A stretch of 62,838 nt of DNA, the filler included, from Sphacelaria rigidula (lineage: Eukaryota): assembly GCA_964200075.2 (NCBI GenBank). It is 9 parts of 9 records of this genome, joined end to end, with 100 filler letters (N's around TTAATTAATTAA, not from the genome) between each part and the next. Parts side by side here need not be neighbours in the genome. Positions count along the whole stretch, not along the records: positions 34,969 to 41,861 come from CAXNAA020017549.1; positions 41,962 to 48,854 come from CAXNAA020017550.1; 7 more parts are not named here. One strand, given 5' to 3'. Position 1 is the stretch's first letter. Every line of letters begins with the position of its first letter. A program made the position numbers and the translations under genes. Under the pieces are notes generated by a model. It was not told where the DNA came from and did not search any database. It saw nothing but the letters and a program-made list of their open reading frames with translations. Shown piece by piece: positions 37,214 through 48,954 of this stretch.

Positions 37214-39034
37214 CTCGTCTACTGTTGTGTCAGCTTCCACGGCGGCAACAAAGCACACCGCAAGCCTGCTATCCGTCGGCAATCCCCGGCTGCCGTCTCC
37301 CATCGTCTCCCGGTACTCCTGTACTAGCCTAGCCCTCAAACGATCCATGGCCACAGCCCTTTCTCCTTGTTGTGCCTTTAAGTTGAGCCATCGCAAAACT
37401 CGTACACACGCTGCTTCGTTTGGAAACACCATGGCGAGGTGAGGTGAGGCGGATTCTGTACCCGCCGTAATTTCTTCAGGCCATCGCTCCAGGAAAAAAG
37501 ACGTGTCCCCGGACAGAATGGCAGTCAGTGTCTCCCACAGGTTATGCTCCCCTCGATCCTCCCCGTCAAGATTTGTGCTGCTGTCGTCGTTGTTGGTTGT
37601 TTCTTCAAGCCCGGAGCAAAATCTCCATGAGCATGTCTTACGGTCGGCGTCGGTGACGACCTCGGGCAGGTAGCTGTCCACGAAACGCGCCAATACGTCC
37701 GGTGCGTCTACTTGACCATTCGATTGGTGTGATGCGACGGCAGCTCTAGGAGAATTGTCGTTCTCTAAGAAGTGAGATCTACCTATCCATGAAAGTGTGA
37801 AGATCACCGTCCTCATGAAAATATCCGATCGCACAGGGGCCTTAACTTTTTGCAGAGACATCAAGGCACGAAGCGCTGCCTCCGGTCGAATACCCAAGGG
37901 CTCAGTGACCTCTACAACCATCCTCCGCATCAATCGTAGTTTGGCCCATCCCTCAAGAACCTCCCAAACGTCGCGCACCTGCCCCACTTCCGCACTGGAA
38001 CGATCCCTACCTGCTCCAGCCCGCAAAACGATAGAACCGTCCACAAGCGCAAGGATACTCGCCGTTGCTCTGTCTGCGCGTTCCACTCTTGACGCCCACT
38101 CGGTGATTCTCTCTTCCACGGTTGACCGACTTCCTGGTGTGTCTCCCCCGTCAGCGAAGCACTGTGTAAACTCGCCTTCGTCCAGCAAGGCAAGCTGTAC
38201 CGCGCGTACGACGCGGGTATGAATGGAGGGACCCAGACCACAGATCTTCTTCGATATCGAGGTAGGGATGTTGGGCGCAGCGGCGGCGTTTGGAATGTGA
38301 GCCTTGACTGCGTTGGCAACTGCGGAGTAGGAACCGGGACCAGCCACGTCGACAAGTTTGAAATAAAGCCTTAGTTCATGCTCGCAGTGCCAGAAGCGGT
38401 AGTGCACGGCTGCCAGTGATGCCGTTGGTGACCACCTTCCTCCCTGGTTCACTGACTGTGTGTCTTTCCCGTGTACGACGCCAACGCTGCCACTGCCGCC
38501 GCAACTGCAGTTCAGCTGGCCCGCAAGATCAAGTACCATTAACACAAAGCTTGCTTGTTCTACACGACATACTCCCCGAACGGAGGGGAGCGCCATACAT
38601 GTGAAGTCGTGAACGTAGCGCCGAAGTAGGTCCTCGTCGTCGAGGACCATTTGCTCTTCCTCGAAGCTGCGACCGCTGCCGACCCGCGCACGTGACATCC
38701 TTTTGTGAAGGCGCTCGTCTAGCCCGAGGAGGGCGAACTCTCGTTCAACGGATTCCTCATCCACCACAGCAGTAACTGCGCTGACCGTCCCGCTTTTCCT
38801 CTTCCGCTCTTCCAACAGCCGGTAGATGAAGAAACTGAAAGGAAATTGGCTCCGCACGGGTGACTCCCCCGGTCCGGCCGAGCTGTCGATAACGGGAAAG
38901 CGATCTTCACCTCGCAGTCCCAAGGTCAAGTCTATACCACCACTGCCCGAACGGTTAGCACTGACAGCCGCTCCAACTGATCCAACTCCGTGTTCAGTAC
39001 GGGTCGCGCTGGGTGCCATTTGCTGAAACGAAAC
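37214..39034 (-). CDS. RNF213: RNF213/mysterin-like protein, large exon in the E3-module region
   Basis: CAG|VSFQ..VDE|GTGCGT, 1821 nt. SQFPFSFFIYRLLE and LLRRYVHDFTCM match conserved RNF213 motifs. Confidence 0.8.
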
Positions 39035-39407
39035 CTGAAGCCCAGTGCGCAGAGGGGATTTACACACGATACGCAGAGGACGCAGATTTGTTGCGGAGTG
39101 CGTGTTATGAGGCGATTTTCGTCACCTCTATGAGTGCCTCGTGGGCAAGGGTAGAGACAAACGCTTTCTCTGATAGCCGTAAAGACCTACTCAAAGCCAC
39201 CTTCACCCATGGTTCTCGTTCTCAGACTTTGGGAAAAGAGCGTACTTTCGACTGCGAACCAGCGTGAGCCCGAATCTTCAGGGAACCCCATGTTCCGCAA
39301 AATCTCCATGGGCGTGACTGCTGTGCATGCGTTTTATGAGTAGGGGAATGCCATAATGGGATACCTGTTCTGTGACCCTAGAATAACAAAAGAGACAACA
39401 TTACGAC

Positions 39408-39524
39408 CTTGAAAAGCTTCATCCAGATGTCCCGAAGCTTCTCGTCCTGGAGTAGGCACAGCCCTGAGTTTCGGTCCATGTGCGCGAGCACAGCAGAAAA
39501 GGCCTGCGTAACATTCCCCAGTAC
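39408..39524 (-). CDS. RNF213: RNF213-like exon
   Basis: VLGNVTQAFSAVLAHMDRNSGLCLLQDEKLRDIWMKLFK, comparable to the RNF213 segment LASMISFIDRDGNLELL..RDLWMFIF. Confidence 0.8.
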
Positions 39525-40431
39525 CTGTACATTGGATCAACACCGGGGCAAGGCGGCGAACATGGGACGTGAGCGCTGCGGTAATTCCGTGCACAAGAAG
39601 GCACATTCAGAGGATCATGTAAATGTTATTGCGAGCAGGGGTGAGGGGATGTGCACATTTTCTGCATAAGGTTGACCACTCGAACGATTTCGTTTTTCTC
39701 GTGTAGGATCGGTACCATGACTCCTACTGTAGCATATTTATCTGCGTCGGGTTGGGCCAGCGCTCGTGTGGTGAGCTTGTTAAGAGAGAGAACCGAGCAA
39801 TCACAACATTGTTATGGAAAAGACCATTGGTGCTAAACCCATACTTTTCCTGTCCCGTGAGTCCCCCTTGATTGTTCCCACGAGTCCTCAATCGTATCCG
39901 ATTTTCTTCTTTTTTTGGTAAAGTAGCTCTAGTTGAAATCATTTCCTTCCTTTTGACAGTTTCTGTTTCCACCATGCGGCCGCACGGGCAAACTATATCA
40001 GTCACCCCCAAAGGGCCGAAATTCACCCCTTTTCCGAGGGCAAAAAAAGAAACCCGATGAAACAGGGGAGACAGAAATCGAATGTTCCTCATCTTAGCCA
40101 ACTTCATGTACAGAGAATAGTTACACCTCATCCAAAGCCACTTGGATAAGTTATTTTACTTCAGGTCAGCATGGAAATGACGAAAATCGTCCAACTTCAG
40201 CAAAACTCGGATTCAAAGTGGTCTGAATCGATCAAAATTGGGTACAATTTCCCGTGTATGCCATACAGTACGTATCATATTTGTTTACTTGTTTTATGAG
40301 CATTTCCGTTCTTTCTATATTTGGAATAACCCTGACTATACCTCAGAAAGAGCCTCAGTTCGGGCACAGGAAGTGTGACACTACGACCTCGAAGATTGTC
40401 CAAATCCCATTACCCCCTCATAGGTACGCAC

Positions 40432-40800
40432 CGATGCACGGATCGCCCTGCGGAACGTTCCAGCCACCCGGAGCTGACGATCACTCGACGCAGCTAGAGA
40501 CACATCAGTTCCTTTCTCCGCCATTTCCGTGCGCACACCGACCAGGCGCTTCGTCTTCGTTTCCTGTTTTTGTTTTCCGGCGCGCTGTACTTCTACATCT
40601 TCCCCTTTCTTTTCTTCCCATCCCACATCGTAGTACTCTGCCTCAGGTTCGTCTTCCTCACTCGGCGTGCTCATGGCGGCGACCAGCTCATCCCTTTTGA
40701 GTTGATCGATAATTGACCCCCACGCTGTTTGTACAAAGCACGAGCTCATTTTACACGCCCCGGAACATGCGTCTAGGAGTAGCTCCAGGTATTCACGAAC
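40432..40800 (-). CDS. RNF213: RNF213-like exon
   Basis: TAG|VREYLELLL..VAGTFRRAIRAS|GTGCGT, 369 nt, with the GTFR motif. Confidence 0.78.
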
Positions 40801-41099
40801 CTAAAGATCAAGGAGAAATGAGAGACAACCTTTGTCCTAGTGGGATTTACATGAGCTCGAAGTGATAGTGAAGGCAGCACACGCTCTAGTTGACGCACCC
40901 TCACTACATCGCTTTCACGCAGAGGTTGCGCTCACTGGAGGATGCGCGAGACAACACGACTATCTTCCCTGGATATCACATCACGTACTATCGGAAAATC
41001 ACTACTGCACGGGGGTTTTTCATGTGTCGGTACCGCAAAAGGGCTCGCGTCAACGAACTGATCTCACGTTCTGGCAAGCAAGCTTCGAGCGTACAATAC

Positions 41100-41174
41100 C
41101 TCAGACATATTCCGGCAACGGTTTCGTCCGTAGGCCAAGTGCGCAATGGAAGCCCGCAGCGCCGCCATCATGGT
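41100..41174 (-). CDS. RNF213: RNF213-like exon
   Basis: CAG|TMMAALRASIAHLAYGRNRCRNMSE|GTATTG, 75 nt, phase 0-0. Confidence 0.65.
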
Positions 41175-41509
41175 CTGCCGGAGGATTGAACGCCGTGATA
41201 AGGAGACAGGCCATCTGAGAGATACATGCCACAAAGATCGAAGACGCGCTGGATCTAACTAGGAGACAAATTGTTGAGTCTATATACCTGATCTTGACCC
41301 TGGATACAAGATTCATTCCTTCTCAAATATGTTGTAACACAGGCACAGTGCTACACGTGACCGTATACGATCCAGCTCTCAAGTTCCGCAGGAGTTGGTG
41401 CCAATAGTGGTTAAACAATGCAACATACCATCATAAAACTAACGCTCGATATATTCAGCATTGCCGTTTCACGAGCAATGCGTCCATCCGGTTTCTCTCG
41501 CTTGATTAC

Positions 41510-41760
41510 CTCCGAAGGGTCCAGCCTACGCACTACGTCTAGCACGCTTTTCCCCGCAGCATCGATTGCTGTTGGCAATCCACCGTCCTGACTAGTGCCC
41601 ACACGTCCATCTCCCACGCTATCGACAAACGCGCACCGCCACCTCGTGTCGAAAGCCATGTTGAATACGTCATCCCCACGAATAAGATGGAGCAGAAGGA
41701 CGACGTGAGGTCCGCGGGTACGCACAGGTTGCTGAGCATTTGCGCCGCCAACACTATGCT
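41510..41760 (-). CDS. RNF213: RNF213-like exon, end of the AAA region; first visible exon
   Basis: HVVLLLHLIRG..MAFDTRWRCAFVDS..PSE|GTAATC. Confidence 0.75.
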
Positions 41761-41861
41761 CTGTGTGAACCGACTCGCTTGTGTGATGTTGTTCGAGTCC
41801 AGCCCTTCACGGGGAGGGAAACGCAAGACGGGGGGGGGGGTGTACTCATGATTATGCATGC

Positions 41862-41961
41862 NNNNNNNNNNNNNNNNNNNNNNNNNNNNNNNNNNNNNNN
41901 NNNNNTTAATTAATTAANNNNNNNNNNNNNNNNNNNNNNNNNNNNNNNNNNNNNNNNNNNN
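41862..41961. other. Artificial contig linker 6
   Basis: N44-TTAATTAATTAA-N44. Confidence 0.98.
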
Positions 41962-42153
41962 TGCTGGATCCCTTTCGCGATAAAAAAAAAAAAGCAAGTA
42001 TCGCAGAAGGAAGGTGGGGTACTAAAAAAAAAAAAGCCCCTGTGTTGACCTTCCTCCTGTGTGATCCCGGCTGATGCGCCCACATATATATCCCGAAAGG
42101 GGTAGGCTGGCGCCCAGAATAAATGGGACAACAACACAACACACACACACACA
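41962..42153 (+). mobile_element. 3' half of a tRNA-derived SINE
   Basis: Matches 59670-59850 (GCAGAAGGAAGGTGG..CCTTCCTCCTGTGTGA..GATGCGCCCAC..) and ends in an (AC)n tail. Confidence 0.8.
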
Positions 42154-44043
42154 AACGTCACCAAAGTACGTGACCCTTCCGCTGATAGTATAATGGAAGC
42201 ATCTTGTTGATGAGTGCAAAATGCCACGTTACTATCTGCCACCTCAGCGGGAGAGCCCATCAATGAACAAATTATCAATGTATCATCTCTATCATGGGGA
42301 TGCACGCGGATAATATCAGTCTACAAGTATTACGTACGTGGAAGAAGCGGAGAGTTAGGAATAGATCAGCAGCTGCTGCGGTCAGCTGTTGTTCTGTTCG
42401 TGGTTCATGTTGTATGATCACTGGTTTATTTGGGCTGAGAATACTTACGCCAGTGTTCACTCCTCTACATACGCACTCGAAGACAATACAGACAATGAGT
42501 GGGTACTTCTCTGCCTCAATACGCACAATCACGCAAGCACCACGCACAGGTCACGCACAGGTGCTTGGTGCGTGTAGTGTGTATTTTGGTAGCGGCCAGC
42601 TTCACCCTATTTTGCCGATCATTTGCGTGGTCACATGACTACGACCACTCCGAACGTAATGCAATTCCAGACGTATACGTAGTTGATTTTGATGTTGAAT
42701 TGTCACACAGGTACGACTGTAACGCGGCCAGAGACAACAGGCCGTTGATGTTGATTCAAATTAAAGGTGGAAAAAACGAACCCTGGTCCAGTTTTCGAGC
42801 AATGCACTCTACTACTGTACTCTACAGCACCATAACTTCACGAAGTCAGCTCTTACTGAGGCGTAATGCAGTAGTCCAAAATATCCCAACATGCACATGA
42901 TCACACGACGTATGCCAAAGCTTTCGAGCCCTTTTGAACAACAACCTCCACCGACATCATCGAAAAAGAAAAACAATCTGAGCTGCTTTTAGGTGTGGTC
43001 ACAAACCCAGACTTCGGTGAAAACGTCTCTGCAGGAAAGACATCAAAACTCCTCTCAGTATAACACGAGCTTGGGGCGCATTCAGCCGTGGTTGAAACCG
43101 CACAGGACAGCGATAATGCAAGAGAGATGTGAAAGCCATGATAGTAATTCATTCCTGCTTTTAGGATTCAAGCGCAGGACGGGAACTGGTACATTGCTGC
43201 CCATGATCTGGTGTGTGTACACTGCAGTTGCACACGAGTCTTGATTTTGCCGTTTTTGTTGATGGTGGAGAAAAGCGACCGAATAGACCGAACATTGCGG
43301 TTCATTCGGACTGAAAAATAAAATAAAATTCTGACGTAATCGCTGACTCGGATGCATCGACCAATGACAAGAAGACAGACGGAGATCAAGTAGTCCACGT
43401 CAGATAGACTGATTCGTGCTCTGTCACAAACACAACGCACTCCACCCGTAGCGAGCGCTTCCACTGACACAGCGAAGCAGGGAGAGCAAGGAACTGAGAG
43501 AGGACAAGATAAAGTTTGGAAGGGAGGGAAGACCGACTGAACACTGAGCGTATTAGATAGATAGCGCGACCAGTGGTATTCCTGCGCAAAGCTGGTGAGT
43601 TCAGTTGAGATGATATCCTGGAAGGATTCGTTGGTGAGCAGTATTTCTTCCGTTTTCTACATTTCTAACAAGTGACTATTTCTCAGCCTCGACCGACATC
43701 TATGATGTGGCAGGCCACGTTTAATGTGCCAGGCCAGTACCGCGCCATAGTCCGTGTATTTACGGAGTGAATCGGCGCGGCTATGCCCATCCCAACTCAT
43801 TGCATGCACAAGGTCACGAACGCGGAAGTGTGTGCCGTACTTCAACCAGGCAAAGACTAGACCAGGTTCACTAGCAGTTCAGATCTAATCGGCGCCGACC
43901 ACCGTTTTCCCACCAAAAACAACCAGCCTGTGTGTCATCTTGTTTGGTCACAAGCTCAAATCGCGTCATCTGCTCGGTTCTTCGATCTTGCAGGGCGGAA
44001 CTATTCCTCGTCACCAGCTATCGAACATATCATCAGTGATAGC

Positions 44044-47000
44044 ATGTCTTCGGAAAACAAAAAGGGCGATCAAGGTGGGCCAGGGCCACCTTTCAGCTCT
44101 CAGATGATGCCTTTTTACGCACCAAACCAAGGTGGTAAGGCCAGGCCAAACGCGTCATCGCCAGATGGCTCCTCACCTTCATCCGCAAATGGGTTTTTGA
44201 ATAGCTCCCATCATCAGCAGTCGCAACACATGATGGCGAGTCCCGAGCAACAAGGGACGGTCGGGGGAGGAGCAGTGGGCCAGCCTGGACTTCGCATTGG
44301 GGCACACCCGGCAACGGGTGCCGGCTTCGTCCCCGTCAGCTTCGAGGCCATGTGCGGGACGGCAGCCTCCGGCTCGACCGCGAGACCTCAGGCATCAACA
44401 GCACCCGCTTCTGGCTATTACCCCTTCAGTTCCTCCGTTACTTCCATGTATCCTTTTGCCTTCATTGGCCAAAGCTCTGCCGGCGCCGCGGCAGCGGCGG
44501 TGGCAGCGGCGACGGCGGCGACGCGATCCACAGGCGGAGGGGGGCTTGAGCAGGAACGGCTAGGTACGAGATCGTCGGTGGAATTGATGCGCCCGGCCAC
44601 CGCACCGGGCGCTTCGTTGGCAACCAGGGAATCAGCTTGGGGCAGTAGTCAGTACCCTCCCGGTGGTCCGGCGTCAGCGTCGGGGCACGCTGTCGGGGCT
44701 TGGGCTGGACTGTCCATACCCGCGACAAGGAGAAAGCCTCAGTTGTCCGTAACCCCTTCTCCATCCGTACCGACGCTGTCACCCGCACTGCAGCCTTCGC
44801 CTTCACCCGCTGTTGTTCCTACGGCGTCGTGTGCGGCTCCTGCATCGCCCGTCGGCAACAAGGCGCGAACAACGCCGACGGCAACAACGCCAGCGGCGAC
44901 AACGTCGGTGGGCAGTGGCAGCTCGAATTCACGTGATGAGCAGAAACAGCAGGCAGCCGTAGCTGCGGTCACTAGTGGGGAAGATGTCAGAGCGAAATCT
45001 CACGGTGAGCAAACCGAACCTTCATCTACGGCCGCGGCTGCGGACGGCGGCAGCGAAGCTAGTCGAGAAAAGCGAAGCAGGCCTACGGCCGACGCGGGAG
45101 AGGCCGACGAAGGTCGGAACGACGAGCAAGCCGACGAGAACGGTGAGTTCGAAACAGACAGCTTGGGGAAACGGCGACGACTGACAGCTGAGGAACGCCT
45201 GCAGCGAAGCCGTGAGCGCAATCAGCTGCACGCGCGGAAAACTCGGCAGCGCAAGAAAGCGCAACTCCAGTTGCTCACGAAGCGCTCGGCTGAGCTACAG
45301 GCGGAGCAGCAGCGGCTGCGACAAGCGATCACTGACCGCCGCACGGCTAGTATCTTGCTGGGTATGAGCGGATCTGATGACACCCAGGGGACTGGTGGCC
45401 AAGGCAGTAAAACCAAGGCTTCCCGAGACCACCCGCCGGCGCTAGTGTCTATGTCCGGCCGCGGACCGCGAGCAGGCATGCTTTCCGCGGTCGAGAGCGA
45501 CGACACTGGGGACGGCAGCGGCAAGGGAGCGGGGGGCAACGGCAGCGATGATCTCGGGTCAGAGAGCACCGCGGGTACGAGCTGCTCTACATCGTCGTCA
45601 GGGCGGACATCGTCGGAGACCAACAGTTCCGATGGCACGGTCGGAGGCAGCGGCGGCAGCGTGGACGGAGGGTACGGTGCGGTGGCAGACAAGCTCCCCA
45701 AGGTTGGAAATCCAGGGGACACGGAGCGACTACTCGAACTTTCTCAGAAGACTAGGTCAGAGTGCACACCAGAGGAGCTAGAACAGATCCGACGTGAGCG
45801 AAACCGCATGCACGCGAAGCGCACGCGCGACCGCAAAAAGCTCCACCTCGAGGCGACGGAGGGGATGATCGCGCGCCTCGAGCAGGAGAATCGCAAGTTG
45901 CGAGACAGTATGAAGGCAATGGGTGGCGGTAGAAGCAGCACCGGTAGCAGCGGCGCTGGCGTTGGCGGCACCGATATCGCGACGTTCACGCCGTCTGCAT
46001 CGCCCTCCACGGCAGTCTCTCAGGCGACGGCGAGCCCAAAGCCCGAGATGTGTGTCCCCAGTAGCTACTCGCCTCCCGGACAGGCCCTACCGCTCCCCAT
46101 GCAACAGGTTGGCGGCACTTCGCCAGTATTTCCCACCTCCGCTCCGCCGTCCCAGCAGCAACCCGCTGCCGGCGCCCCTCAACGGCAACCACAGCATGAA
46201 CCGGCGTACCCCGGTCACCACCACCCTTTCATCCACCAGCAGGTGGCGGTGCTGCCGCCCCATGGATCCCACATGCCGCAACACGAACGACATCAGCACC
46301 TTCACGGGGGTCCAGTCGTGCCACAACACGCCTATCCGGCGCAGCATCACCATGTCCCGCAAGGCGCCCATCCATTAGTACACCAGCAACAGTCAATGCC
46401 GCAAGGCTCGTCGCGTTGCTCGCATACACAGTCGCATATGGGAAGCTTTTACCCCCACAGCTACTCCCCGAACGGGGGTGGCACGCAAGGTCCTCCAGGT
46501 GGTGCGGGTAGTGGGGCCAGCAGCGGAAACGCGAGCGCAGCAGCGACGGGGCTTGTCCGATCAGAGATTAACTCGTTCGGTCCCAGTGGACACCACTTGA
46601 CCCCGATAGGCTTCATGCGGCCCTCGAACCATCAGCTGACCACTCAGCAGCAGATTTTGGGATACCAGGGGTCTGCAGCGTTCGCGTCTCTACCCCTAGG
46701 CAAGGCGGCACCCCACATGATTGCTGCTCCCTCTCAAGGACAACAGCAACAACCACAACAGCAGCATCAGCAGCAGCAGCAACAACACCAACCACAACCA
46801 CAACACATATATCCCGTCGCGGACCCGCGGGGGTACAAAGGCTGGGACGCCCTCGAGCAAGCGCAAGCAGCGCAATTACCCCAGTTGGCCTACGCGCATG
46901 CCCATGGGCACGGCTACGGGCACGGGGCGGGAGTACAAATAGCCAATTTTTCGGGGGTTTGGGGTGCCAGCGCTCCCGGTGTGGGCAGTGTAGGTGCAGG

Positions 47001-48258
47001 CAGCGCGGGAGCGCAAGCTATGGAGACGGCGATGCCAGGCGCGATCCAAGGAGCGGCTGCGGCAGCTGCTCCCGCGAATATCATGCAGCAATTTTCCTCT
47101 AAGATCGCACCTCCCTCCTTGTCTTCCTCGTCAGTGCGGGGTGTCGAGCCACTGCCTCCGCCGAAGGCGAAGTCACACCACAAGACCAGCAGCGACGGCG
47201 CCGGTGGTAGCGGCAGCGCTTCGAGCAACAAGGCGGTGGAAAGACGACGAGACGGCGCGGCGGGGGGCGGCATCAGCGAGGCCAAGAACTGGGGCGTCAG
47301 CGCATCGACCACTGTGCGCACCGTCATGTCCTCCTCCGGCACCAACTGCAGCGGTGGTAGCAGCAACAGCAGCGTCGGCGGCAGCGCCGGGGGCAGCGCG
47401 AAGGCGGGCGGGGGAAAATCCTCAGCGTCAGGACACAAGTCCTCCTCCTCCGCCGCCGGTAACGGCCCCGCTCGTCACCTGGCGCGCGCGCGCGCCGACC
47501 TAAAAGCTCGCGCGGAGAAAGCGGCAGCAGAGGCGGCAGAGGTGGCAGCGGCAACTGTGTCGAAGACCGTGGCGGCAACGCCACTGGTACAAGAGATCGC
47601 CGAGCAAAAAGAACAAGATGTGGCCGAGAAGGCGGCCGCCGCCGATGACGAGAAGAGCAAAAAGCTCGACCTCGATTTGTCACGGGGTTGCCAGGAAGCT
47701 TGGCAACACCTCCGACGGGAGCGAAGCGCGAAGCGGAAAAACCCGTTCACAGCCGCGGCTAGCGCCGGCGGCGCTGGCGACGGTACGGAGGAATCGGAAC
47801 GCCATCGCCACCAGCATTACCATAACCAATCTAGCAGTCCCGGGGGGGGAGCAAAACATTCGGCGTCATCAGGGTCGATGGATTATTCGGAGAGCGAAAG
47901 CAACGGCGACGGTAGCGGCAGCGCCGGCGAGGGCTCGGTTGGGGAGGGTTCGGTCGCCTCACGGTCGTCTTGCTCATCTTGGGGGGAGAGCGAGGAGTCT
48001 AGTGTGCTGCCGGCGAGTACTGTGTCTAGTGAGGATGGTCGGGGGCGACACAGCGCCAGCGGTTCCGAAGACGGCATGTCCCGCGGTTCCTCACCGTGTT
48101 CAGAGTCTGGGAGTGACGAGGTTGGGGCAAGGGGTATCGGTGGCGGTGGAGGTGCGGGTGCGGGTGCGGGTGCGGGTGGGGGTAGTAGCGAGGTGAGCGA
48201 TGATCGAGGGAGGAAAAGAAGTAGGCGGCGGACGTCGGACAAGCTGGCACGAAGGTGA
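44044..48258 (+). CDS. Transcription factor with two bZIP domains (~1400 aa, one uninterrupted ORF)
   Basis: EERLQRSRERNQLHARKTRQRKK..L..L..L (~45180-45335) and EQIRRERNRMHAKRTRDRKK..LEQENRKL (~45760-45915). First ATG at 44044; a possible 5'UTR intron spans 43595-43993. Confidence 0.9.
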   Translation: MSSENKKGDQGGPGPPFSSQMMPFYAPNQGGKARPNASSPDGSSPSSANGFLNSSHHQQSQHMMASPEQQGTVGGGAVGQPGLRIGAHPATGAGFVPVSFEAMCGTAASGSTARPQASTAPASGYYPFSSSVTSMYPFAFIGQSSAGAAAAAVAAATAATRSTGGGGLEQERLGTRSSVELMRPATAPGASLATRESAWGSSQYPPGGPASASGHAVGAWAGLSIPATRRKPQLSVTPSPSVPTLSPALQPSPSPAVVPTASCAAPASPVGNKARTTPTATTPAATTSVGSGSSNSRDEQKQQAAVAAVTSGEDVRAKSHGEQTEPSSTAAAADGGSEASREKRSRPTADAGEADEGRNDEQADENGEFETDSLGKRRRLTAEERLQRSRERNQLHARKTRQRKKAQLQLLTKRSAELQAEQQRLRQAITDRRTASILLGMSGSDDTQGTGGQGSKTKASRDHPPALVSMSGRGPRAGMLSAVESDDTGDGSGKGAGGNGSDDLGSESTAGTSCSTSSSGRTSSETNSSDGTVGGSGGSVDGGYGAVADKLPKVGNPGDTERLLELSQKTRSECTPEELEQIRRERNRMHAKRTRDRKKLHLEATEGMIARLEQENRKLRDSMKAMGGGRSSTGSSGAGVGGTDIATFTPSASPSTAVSQATASPKPEMCVPSSYSPPGQALPLPMQQVGGTSPVFPTSAPPSQQQPAAGAPQRQPQHEPAYPGHHHPFIHQQVAVLPPHGSHMPQHERHQHLHGGPVVPQHAYPAQHHHVPQGAHPLVHQQQSMPQGSSRCSHTQSHMGSFYPHSYSPNGGGTQGPPGGAGSGASSGNASAAATGLVRSEINSFGPSGHHLTPIGFMRPSNHQLTTQQQILGYQGSAAFASLPLGKAAPHMIAAPSQGQQQQPQQQHQQQQQQHQPQPQHIYPVADPRGYKGWDALEQAQAAQLPQLAYAHAHGHGYGHGAGVQIANFSGVWGASAPGVGSVGAGSAGAQAMETAMPGAIQGAAAAAAPANIMQQFSSKIAPPSLSSSSVRGVEPLPPPKAKSHHKTSSDGAGGSGSASSNKAVERRRDGAAGGGISEAKNWGVSASTTVRTVMSSSGTNCSGGSSNSSVGGSAGGSAKAGGGKSSASGHKSSSSAAGNGPARHLARARADLKARAEKAAAEAAEVAAATVSKTVAATPLVQEIAEQKEQDVAEKAAAADDEKSKKLDLDLSRGCQEAWQHLRRERSAKRKNPFTAAASAGGAGDGTEESERHRHQHYHNQSSSPGGGAKHSASSGSMDYSESESNGDGSGSAGEGSVGEGSVASRSSCSSWGESEESSVLPASTVSSEDGRGRHSASGSEDGMSRGSSPCSESGSDEVGARGIGGGGGAGAGAGAGGGSSEVSDDRGRKRSRRRTSDKLARR

Positions 48259-48750
48259 GGCTGCCTTCAGCAATTTTTTTCGTGTGACTAGAGGCTTGTA
48301 ATTTTTCAGCCTTCTTGATATGTCAATGTTGCAGTGCTCCTTTGGGTGCATGTGTGCCCGAGCGCGTCGAACCTGGTTGCCGCAGAGCTCCTCCGAGAGG
48401 ACTGGGTTTTTTTGTTTCTGTTTCCCCACGATTTTTTCAAGTGGAAGATATCCATAAAACGCGATCTCCAGTCACTTCAGACATGAATTGTGTCACATTC
48501 CACAGATGACAGAGCAGGTTGCTACACCGCATTGATTTATGACCACTGGTTTTGTTTTACCGCATGTCTTTACAATGTTCGGTTCGTGCTGCTGGTGTTC
48601 AGATGAAGATGTTTCCGTGACCCGAAAGCAGATTTTTTTCTCGTCCAGTCGACGGTGAAACGAGATGTGTCGAGACATCGTTCCCCAATGCGACACTCTC
48701 TCACTTCTTGTCTTCTGTTCGTCTCGTCTCGCCATCGCTACACCACTTCG

Positions 48751-48786
<36 letters not shown>

Positions 48787-48854
48787 ACTCCTGCCCCCCC
48801 CCGCCCCGCCTCGCGCTCCGCGGGGCCCCTCCCGGACCCCCACCGCCCGCCCCC

Positions 48855-48954
48855 NNNNNNNNNNNNNNNNNNNNNNNNNNNNNNNNNNNNNNNNNNNNTT
48901 AATTAATTAANNNNNNNNNNNNNNNNNNNNNNNNNNNNNNNNNNNNNNNNNNNN
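48855..48954. other. Artificial contig linker 7
   Basis: N44-TTAATTAATTAA-N44. Confidence 0.98.

Noticed and set aside
7762-41760. A DNA-repair or defence island made of PolX, XPG-like nuclease, ParB and RNF213
   Set aside because: The genes lie on different contigs joined by artificial linkers, so adjacency is meaningless.
43930-44043. N-terminal extension of the bZIP ORF from a GTG start
   Set aside because: Eukaryotic context, and an acceptor-like TTGCAG at 43993 precedes the first ATG at 44044.
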